Position numbers and translations under genes: made by a program
Shown: positions 57,850 to 64,000 of the stretch, one piece after another
How positions within the stretch are numbered: position 1 is the stretch's first letter
Layout: every line of letters begins with the position of its first letter
NCBI GenBank assembly: GCA_009602735.1
Contig: WELA01002708.1
Location: 186,001-250,000 of the forward strand
Reading direction: 5' to 3'
From: Mesotaenium endlicherianum
Lineage: Eukaryota
DNA: 64,000 nucleotides
Notes under the pieces: model-generated
Databases searched by the model: none
Seen by the model: only the letters and a program-made list of their open reading frames with translations
What the model was told of the DNA's origin: nothing

Positions 57850-57878
57850 AAAGCAATATTCGTAATGAATATTGCTTT
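57850..57878 (-). terminator. Intrinsic terminator after anti-sigma gene
   Basis: AAAGCAATATTC / GAATATTGCTTT stem flanked by A-runs. Confidence 0.7.
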
Positions 57879-57898
57879 CTAAAAAAAATCAGGACACA

Positions 57899-58678
57899 TC
57901 AAACTTTCCCGGCTACATACATCTCGGTAAGGGTAGGTTGATCGCTACCACCCTGCTTTTCAAGGGTAATTGCAAACATTTGTGCGCGATCAATCACTTT
58001 CATTTTTTGTATCAATGCATGGCTGTTTAAAGCATATACGCCTGCATTTATGGGCTTACCATCAACAATGGCCCAGAGTTGATATTGTTTGCCGATTGGC
58101 GGGGTGGGAAGGTCTTTGAGAGAAAGATAGACTTCTTTGTTTTGCGTGTTCCAGAACAACATAACGGTATTAGCGCTATGTGCACCAACCCCAGCCAATG
58201 GAATCGATTTCACCGCAGGACTTAACAGCAGATTCATTTTTTCCTGTTCTGCTTTCAGACCGGCCAATTCCTGTTTAGATGCACGATCTTTCATCAACAA
58301 TAACAAGTTGAATACCATACTTGTAATTAATAATACAACAGCTACGGCCCTGTATAAATGATACATTGAAACAACCCTGCCAGGCTTATTAGTATCTGAG
58401 ATAGGGTAAGCGTCCGTGTGTTTATTCTGATTACTTATTGTTGCAGGTAGTTCTTTCTGTTGCAAAGCCGACCATATCTGCTCTTTCATATCATCAGGTG
58501 GCGCCTGACTGTACAATGTAGCATATTGCTCCAGTTGTTCTCGGCATTCCGAAATAGCAGTAGCTACTTCAGGATGTTTAGATGCCATCAACTCTAATTC
58601 ATGCATTTCTTCAGGTGAAGCCACACCTAAAACATATGCTTCTATTAGCCCGGATGATATGTAGTCCTCGATATTCAA
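57899..58678 (-). CDS. Anti-sigma factor, RskA-like
   Basis: EAYVLG N-terminus, single TM, QYQLWAI and FAITLE..GGS..PT C-terminal motifs. Confidence 0.9.
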   Translation of the reverse strand: MNIEDYISSGLIEAYVLGVASPEEMHELELMASKHPEVATAISECREQLEQYATLYSQAPPDDMKEQIWSALQQKELPATISNQNKHTDAYPISDTNKPGRVVSMYHLYRAVAVVLLITSMVFNLLLLMKDRASKQELAGLKAEQEKMNLLLSPAVKSIPLAGVGAHSANTVMLFWNTQNKEVYLSLKDLPTPPIGKQYQLWAIVDGKPINAGVYALNSHALIQKMKVIDRAQMFAITLEKQGGSDQPTLTEMYVAGKV

Positions 58679-58682
58679 TTCA

Positions 58683-59246
58683 TTATGATTTCATTATATC
58701 CTTTAATTGTAGCAAAGCTTTCCTACATCTTGTCTTTACAGTTCCAAGAGGAATGTCAAGTTCTTTCGCGATCTCTTCCTGTGTATAGCCTTTAAAATAT
58801 GATAGATCAATAACCTGACGGTGCTCCTCTTTAAGAACAAGCAGTAATTGCTTTAAACCAATATGATCGGTCTTCATGGATATCGATAACCTGCTTTCAT
58901 GTGCAGACATGTTATCACTGGAATACTGGGTATTCTTTTCCTGGTTGTATCCCGACGATCGTAATGTATCAATCGCTGCATTACGGGCAATATTCAACAT
59001 CCAGGTGTATAGCCTGCCTCTTCCGGCATCGTAGCTGTCAATGTTACGCCATATCTTAACGAACACTTCTTGCAATATATCGCTGGCCACTTCCTGCTTA
59101 TCCAGTATTTTAATAATAACACCATATAAAGCTCCGGCGTAATTATCATAAAGATAATTAAATGCTTGTCGATCTTTGTTCTTTAGCGATGCAACAAGTT
59201 CTGTTTCCGTATTTTGCGTGTTCGCTGTCAATAGCAGGACTTTCAA
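58683..59246 (-). CDS. ECF sigma-70 factor (SigK-like)
   Basis: DILQEVFVKIW, TWMLNIARNAAID, GYTQEEIA..LDIPLGTVKTR. Confidence 0.93.
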   Translation of the reverse strand: MKVLLLTANTQNTETELVASLKNKDRQAFNYLYDNYAGALYGVIIKILDKQEVASDILQEVFVKIWRNIDSYDAGRGRLYTWMLNIARNAAIDTLRSSGYNQEKNTQYSSDNMSAHESRLSISMKTDHIGLKQLLLVLKEEHRQVIDLSYFKGYTQEEIAKELDIPLGTVKTRCRKALLQLKDIMKS

Positions 59247-59310
59247 AGTAAATATATGGCAGTTCCCGATAATTTCGGGATAAACGTTCAGTTAGAGCGA
59301 ATAATGTTTA

Positions 59311-59880
59311 TTATTTCTGAACAACTGCTCCCCGCAATGATTCAACAATTTTCCCCACGCTTACCAAGGCTGGTGTATTGGAAGGCACCCCGGCTTTATT
59401 GGCTCCCATAAAGAGATCTGTCTCAAACTGGTCCATGTCTGCATTCCCAGCCTTACCATTCATCCTGGGATTTTGAGCAGGGTCATGGGCAGCCACCATT
59501 GATTTTCCACCATAACTAAAGTTTTTTGCCCCGGTTCCCACACAAACAAAGTCTGTCAGGTTCTTACTCAATGCAGTAAATCCACTGGTATTGCCTGAAG
59601 TAACTTCTGCCAGTAGAACTTTGAAAAAGCCATTGATCTTACTATCTGCCGCAATAACAAAGATGGTACTGTCTACAATCGTACGGATAAGCAGACGCCC
59701 CTTTTCTATCTGGGTACCTTGCTGTTTAGGATCTGCAACCAGCGTGGTTCCCCCCAGAGAATCATAAAGTGTAGGCATGGGTGCTGCTGCCATCGCATCG
59801 TTTTTCTTGGAGCAAGCCTGAATCGCCAGAAAGGCAATGCACAGGGTAGAGAAAACTAAAAAAACTGTCATCTTTTTCAT
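59311..59880 (-). CDS. Group I truncated hemoglobin-like lipoprotein
   Basis: Lipobox IQAC; TLYDSLGG, D..INGFF, YGGKSMVAAH (proximal His) motifs. Confidence 0.72.
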   Translation of the reverse strand: MKKMTVFLVFSTLCIAFLAIQACSKKNDAMAAAPMPTLYDSLGGTTLVADPKQQGTQIEKGRLLIRTIVDSTIFVIAADSKINGFFKVLLAEVTSGNTSGFTALSKNLTDFVCVGTGAKNFSYGGKSMVAAHDPAQNPRMNGKAGNADMDQFETDLFMGANKAGVPSNTPALVSVGKIVESLRGAVVQK

Positions 59881-59898
59881 TGGTTACTTTTTTATGTT

Positions 59899-60327
59899 TT
59901 AAAGAATTTTTTTGATATAGTTATAAAGCTTGTGTGATCCCGAAGCTGCTACCGGGCAACCGGTACTCATTTCTTCTTGTGTAGGAAGATATCTTTCAGC
60001 TTTGTAATGCAGTGATTTTTTAAAATTGGCGACAATTGCATCCCCACTTGTTTTGATTGGGAAAAATGTAAATATGACAATGCCGTTCTGCGTATTACAC
60101 AATACATGATCGACCCCTTTCTGGCCATACATCCAATTCGTTATTTTATCCGCATCTCCCTGATCGATTGGCTGTTTAATATCAATCCTAGCCATAATAA
60201 GTGTATTATTATCAGGCGGTTTAACCCTGGTTACCAGGTAAATATGTACTAGTAACGTTCCGAAAGACAAGAATAGCAGTATCAATAATGTGTACTTGAG
60301 TACTTTTCTGAAGAGGTTCTTTTTCAT
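59899..60327 (-). CDS. Membrane-anchored hypothetical protein, possible HMA/ferredoxin-like fold, C-terminal GCPV
   Basis: N-terminal TM; ...KGVDHVLCN..GIVIFTF resembles HMA-like beta-alpha-beta topology but has no CxxC. Confidence 0.6.
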   Translation of the reverse strand: MKKNLFRKVLKYTLLILLFLSFGTLLVHIYLVTRVKPPDNNTLIMARIDIKQPIDQGDADKITNWMYGQKGVDHVLCNTQNGIVIFTFFPIKTSGDAIVANFKKSLHYKAERYLPTQEEMSTGCPVAASGSHKLYNYIKKIL

Positions 60328-60370
60328 AATTGTACATTTATTCAATATTGTGATGGCAATATGAAACATG

Positions 60371-60397
60371 TACGGAAATATTGCAGAAGCAGATTCA
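60371..60397 (-). promoter_or_regulatory. Candidate ECF-sigma promoter of the globin/sigma operon (TGAATC-N17-CGTA)
   Basis: - strand reads TGAATC tgcttctgcaatatttc CGTA, 43 nt before ATG 60327. Confidence 0.5.
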
Positions 60398-60426
60398 GAA
60401 AGAAAAAATATTGTTGGAAAGCAGAT

Positions 60427-60465
60427 AAAAAAGAAAAGCCCGCCGTCGCTAAAGCTTTGGCGGGC
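60427..60465 (-). terminator. GC hairpin + U-tail following the tRNA 3' relic
   Basis: GCCCGCC / GGCGGGC stem, inner GCTAAAGC, followed on - strand by TTTTCTTTTTT. Confidence 0.7.
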
Positions 60466-60468
60466 GAA

Positions 60469-60489
60469 GTCGGGAAGACAAGATTCGAA
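60469..60489 (-). mobile_element. att-like relic: 3' end of a tRNA-Pro marking a genomic-island boundary
   Basis: - strand TTCGAATCTTGTCTTCCCGAC = T-loop, T-stem and ...CCCG-A acceptor end typical of tRNA-Pro; 5' part of the tRNA is absent. Confidence 0.65.
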
Positions 60490-60685
60490 ATTAGTTATAA
60501 AATATTATTAACTAGCGACTTGCATAAGCTCAGGCACTGAACTCAAGCCCTGCGTCACAGGTAAAAATGTGTTTAAAAGGACTATCGCAAAGGTATCAAA
60601 CGTTACTCATCAACCACATACTTTTTTATTGTAGACTTCATCCACAGAAAGAACAATAGAGCCCACTTTTCTTCAGATGATGAAG

Positions 60686-61333
60686 TTAAATATCATTTTC
60701 TGTCGCGTAGACCACCAGACCGACTTTACCCTTTACTGCTAATTTTTTTATGAGATTCTTTCGGTAGTCATGGACGGTTTGCGGACTTATATGCATTTTA
60801 TCGGCAATCTCCTTATACGTGAATGAGAGGCGTAGCAGTGATAGAAACTTTCTTTCTCTTTCCGTCAATACCGGAGAAGCCCCCGCGGGCACAAGAACAT
60901 TATCTTGAATCCCCTGGAATATCTTCTTGGATAGTGCAGCAGGAAGATACACTTCGTTGTTAAATACCTGGCGGATGGCCAAGATAAGATTCAGGGGGTC
61001 TTCATTTTTAGTAATAAAACCTTTAGCGCCGGCCTGAATCATTTTCAATATTGAGGTCTCGTCTTGATACATCGACAATGCCAGGATTTTAATTTGCGGA
61101 AAATGATTAGTGACCCATTGCGCCGTCTCAAAACCATCCTTCCCCTCCCCCATATTGATGTCAAGGATCAATACATCCGGTATCTTCCTGTTGGTCAGTT
61201 CGCTGACAACCTGGCTTCCGTTATCTGCCTCAAACAAAAGCTGAAAATCATACTCTAATCGCAACAAACTGACAACCCCCTTGCGAAGCATCAAATGATC
61301 GTCAGCAATTGCGACAGATATTTTTCTTTTCAT
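60686..61333 (-). CDS. NarL/FixJ-family response regulator (REC + LuxR HTH)
   Basis: IADDH, ILDINM, LALSM, GAKGFITK, TYKEIADKMHISPQTV. Confidence 0.93.
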   Translation of the reverse strand: MKRKISVAIADDHLMLRKGVVSLLRLEYDFQLLFEADNGSQVVSELTNRKIPDVLILDINMGEGKDGFETAQWVTNHFPQIKILALSMYQDETSILKMIQAGAKGFITKNEDPLNLILAIRQVFNNEVYLPAALSKKIFQGIQDNVLVPAGASPVLTERERKFLSLLRLSFTYKEIADKMHISPQTVHDYRKNLIKKLAVKGKVGLVVYATENDI

Positions 61334-61334
61334 A

Positions 61335-62126
61335 CTATTCGGCAAATGGAATAAAGATACAAATATGGGTACCCTCCGCAACGCTGGACTTTATCTGTAT
61401 AGACCCTTTAATCAACTCAGCACGCGAATGCAGGCTCCTCAACCCGATGCCATTTTTCACGGTCTCCGGCTCAAACCCTTTACCATCATCTTCAATAGTA
61501 AGCGTTATCCCACCGGGAACGGATTCGAACAGATAGCTAACCGTCTTGGCTTCTGCATGCTTAAGAATATTCTTAATGGCCTCCTGATGCATTCGGAAAA
61601 GAACAAGCTGCGTTTCATTCGGCAGGGTGATCGTTTTACCATCAGTATCATCAAAAAAATTTGTTTTGATTGCCCCTTTTTTTGACAACCAATCAAGTTC
61701 ATTTCGTATGGCTTCATCTATTCCAATCTCGCTGATTCGGTCACTGTGGATATTCCTGGACAGTTCTGACAAATCTTCCATAGCGGAACTGATCAGTCTT
61801 TTAGATTCAGCTATAAGAGAAAAGGATTGTTCCGGCGTTTCAGCAAATTGAAATAATGACAGATTTACATTTGCCAGTAGAAGAATCTGACTGACATTAT
61901 CATGTATTTCCATGGAGACATTCTTCAATATCTCTTCCTGGGTTTCTATCTGGGTCTCAAGCAGTTTTTTTTCATGAATTACTTTAAACCGCTTGATTTC
62001 CTCCTCCTGAAGCCTCTTCCCTCTTTGGATCAGTCGTACAACCAGTAGTATAAACCCAATTAAAAAAACAGCAACAATAAAAGTGACTACTGCTTGAAGA
62101 AGGATTTCGGGATTCTCTTTGGACAT
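61335..62126 (-). CDS. Single-TM sensor histidine kinase (HisKA_3 type) with no own sensor domain
   Basis: EIHDNVSQ H-box, QEAIKNILKHA, IEDDGKGF, GIGL, GT. Confidence 0.92.
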   Translation of the reverse strand: MSKENPEILLQAVVTFIVAVFLIGFILLVVRLIQRGKRLQEEEIKRFKVIHEKKLLETQIETQEEILKNVSMEIHDNVSQILLLANVNLSLFQFAETPEQSFSLIAESKRLISSAMEDLSELSRNIHSDRISEIGIDEAIRNELDWLSKKGAIKTNFFDDTDGKTITLPNETQLVLFRMHQEAIKNILKHAEAKTVSYLFESVPGGITLTIEDDGKGFEPETVKNGIGLRSLHSRAELIKGSIQIKSSVAEGTHICIFIPFAE

Positions 62127-62746
62127 AAGCAAGCGATTATCAGGAGTAGATAGTAAAGACTGTTTATATTGAGTAATAAGGTATGCATATTCCTTACAAT
62201 TTCCTTTGAGAAATTGCTCAGACTGTTAAGGACGACAACAACTGAAAGAGATCCGGTATAAAAGAAAAGAATCGCAACAGTAACCCAGAAAACAAAATCT
62301 TTCGTTAGCGGCTGCAATTCGTCCTTCTCATTTTGAAGGAAATTTTTAACCTTCCACAAACCCACAAAGATCAGCCAAACAGCAGACAGGGCATAGGAAT
62401 AGGTGTGAAAAGCTTTATATCCCGTAATAAAAAAAATGTCAGTGATACATATGCCCGCAACGAAAAAGCCGGAAAACAGAATTGACTTTCTTTGTAGACC
62501 TGGTTCAGACGTCACGTAAAAAAAAGAAGTATACAGCGCTAATTCAACTATTGAAAGGCAATTGATGAATAAAAGATTATTCCAACTATGCCAGACATAA
62601 TAGGTGCCGACGGCTTCTACAAAGAAAGTAAAACACAACAGCATTGAGATTATTACGCGCTCAATCCCTCTACGTTGGAAAGTAGTGTAAACAGCAATAA
62701 TCATTGCAGCTAGTAGGATCCACAGATCAGGGTTAATGGAATGCAT
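62087..62746 (-). CDS. Polytopic (about 7 TM) membrane protein overlapping the kinase start
   Basis: Hydrophobic throughout; NNLLFIN, FWVTVAILFFYTGS; 40-bp overlap with the kinase. Confidence 0.8.
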   Translation of the reverse strand: MHSINPDLWILLAAMIIAVYTTFQRRGIERVIISMLLCFTFFVEAVGTYYVWHSWNNLLFINCLSIVELALYTSFFYVTSEPGLQRKSILFSGFFVAGICITDIFFITGYKAFHTYSYALSAVWLIFVGLWKVKNFLQNEKDELQPLTKDFVFWVTVAILFFYTGSLSVVVVLNSLSNFSKEIVRNMHTLLLNINSLYYLLLIIACLCPKRIPKSFFKQ

Positions 62747-62752
62747 AAAAAG

Positions 62753-62771
62753 GCCCCGGTTTTGCCGGGGC
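62753..62771 (-). terminator. Terminator-like hairpin between CPPxC gene and membrane-protein gene
   Basis: GCCCCGG-N5-CCGGGGC followed on - strand by CTTTTT directly before ATG 62746. Confidence 0.6.
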
Positions 62772-62797
62772 AAAATTACTCAATTTTAGGGCGGAAA

Positions 62798-63301
62798 CTA
62801 GATAACTTTAATCCCCTTTTCGTCCTCTAAGATGGTCAGTCCAACTCTTTCCATTTCCAGCCCGAAAGGGATGCCTTTCGTACCAAGAGGATCGTTTCCG
62901 CCACAAAAGGGAGGACAGGCTGTCCCGTAATTGAATGCCAGAATTTCGGCACCACCTTTATGAGGCACATAGAGGTTTTTATGAAAAAGACCATTTTCAG
63001 TCTTTTTCTCTTTTGTAGCTACCAGAACCACAGTTTGCCTTCCCCGCAGCTCAATATCCCCTTCGAAATCCTCCGGGTAAACACCATAGTAGACCTTAAT
63101 GCCATCCGCCCCGTGCTCGGACGCTAAACGAAGAAACTGTGTGATTTCTTCAATACCGAACCAGGTGCTTAAAGAATCAGGCTTCCCCAAAAATTGGGTG
63201 TTGGCTACCCATCTTTCTTTTTTGTAACGGCTGATAAGTTGGTCAACATGTTTGGTTCCGACCAACCGCCCGTTTTTCTGAAGAACTTGTGCTGTTGTCA
63301 T
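62798..63301 (-). CDS. Hypothetical protein with NxGxxCPPxC motif
   Basis: 167 aa, no signal peptide; STWFG..EI, ADGIKVYYGVY, QTVVLVAT, FNYGTACPPFC. Confidence 0.8.
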   Translation of the reverse strand: MTTAQVLQKNGRLVGTKHVDQLISRYKKERWVANTQFLGKPDSLSTWFGIEEITQFLRLASEHGADGIKVYYGVYPEDFEGDIELRGRQTVVLVATKEKKTENGLFHKNLYVPHKGGAEILAFNYGTACPPFCGGNDPLGTKGIPFGLEMERVGLTILEDEKGIKVI

Positions 63302-63546
63302 TGGAATTAGTTTAGGTGAATAATACCACCAAACTATCCGACGTCATTGTAATAATACAGTTTCAATAATTTATAAAACAATTAATTACACATGTGTTAT
63401 ATATATAATATAATGTATGCCAAGAATTTCCGATTTTCGTGACAAATATTACCCTGTCATTGGAATAAAAAAACAATGCTTCCAGGGATAATAAAATACC
63501 CCCATAAATGGGGGCGCAAATAAAAAATAATCGGGGAGGTTAGATC

Positions 63547-64000
63547 TCAATGATAGAATGCGATCATTCCGTTCAGGACTCCGTATAATACCAAAACGGG
63601 ACGGCTGTTAAGGTCAAGCTTTTGAAACAGGCTGTCCCGGTAATTTTCTACCGTTTTGAAACTAACCCCCATTTTCTCAGCTATCTCTTTATAGCTCAAG
63701 TCGGTACTGGCAAGTTGAATAAATTCAACTTCTTTCTTTGTTAAAATACTCTTGCCGTAAAATCCTGTCTTTTTATTAGAATGCTCTCGAAATTGGAAAT
63801 ACTCCTTTTTAACAAGGTCGCCAAGGTAAAAACCATATTTATGCACCGACACGATTGCTTTCTGTATAACGGAAGGATCAGATGACTTATTAATATACCC
63901 GCAGGCACCGTTTACAATCATATTGATGATCATATCCTCTTCGCCGTAAAAAGAGAATACGATAATTTTAATATCCGGATATGACAACAACAATTTCTCC
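63547..64000 (-). CDS. Second NarL/FixJ-family response regulator (5' end outside window)
   Basis: IIVFSF, GACGYINK, LSYKEIAEKMGVSFKTVENYRDSLFQKL; frame open to the window edge. Confidence 0.88.
   Translation of the reverse strand, partial: EKLLLSYPDIKIIVFSFYGEEDMIINMIVNGACGYINKSSDPSVIQKAIVSVHKYGFYLGDLVKKEYFQFREHSNKKTGFYGKSILTKKEVEFIQLASTDLSYKEIAEKMGVSFKTVENYRDSLFQKLDLNSRPVLVLYGVLNGMIAFYH

Noticed and set aside
59264..59280. TCCCGA-TAATT-TCGGGA hairpin between globin and sigma genes
   Set aside because: Only 6 bp and no U-tail; too weak to call a terminator or operator
60469..60545. Intact tRNA-Pro gene
   Set aside because: Only the T-loop and acceptor 3' strand are present; upstream sequence cannot form anticodon or D arms
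49900..64000. Integrase, transposase, prophage or known defence genes in the accessory region
   Set aside because: No recombinase, DDE or phage structural motifs recognised in any ORF

Overview
Bacteroidota-type (Chitinophagaceae-like) chromosomal segment; the assignment rests on TAnnTTTG promoters, signal peptides followed by Gln, and gene content. Positions 1-49.9 kb are mostly housekeeping: ychF, glutaminyl cyclase, TPR/OM-barrel cluster, dacB, cinA, 2-oxoacid dehydrogenase E2, TolC-RND-MFP efflux operon, S9 peptidase, icd, mntH, glgP, ubiX, hutIG, ADI-family/ctlX-like, pfkA-pyk, GH20-nagB and tRNA-Arg(ACG). From 49.9 kb to the end the DNA is accessory-looking: a truncated gene relic, a DUF1553/DUF1501/TIM-barrel/cytochrome c operon, an ECF sigma/anti-sigma module with a lipoprotein truncated globin and a fasciclin, a tRNA-Pro 3'-end (att-like) relic, and a cassette of CPPxC-motif protein, multi-TM protein, histidine kinase and two response regulators. 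The strongest leads are that possible peptide-signalling cassette, an RGPP-ending candidate ribosome-arrest leader in front of the RND pump, a 59-aa gene (missed by the ORF track) paired with an ADP-ribosyltransferase-like gene as a candidate toxin-antitoxin pair, four heptamer-built palindromes sitting at stop codons, and a glucan phosphorylase whose PLP lysine is replaced by Thr. All family calls come from motif recognition by eye; no searches were run.
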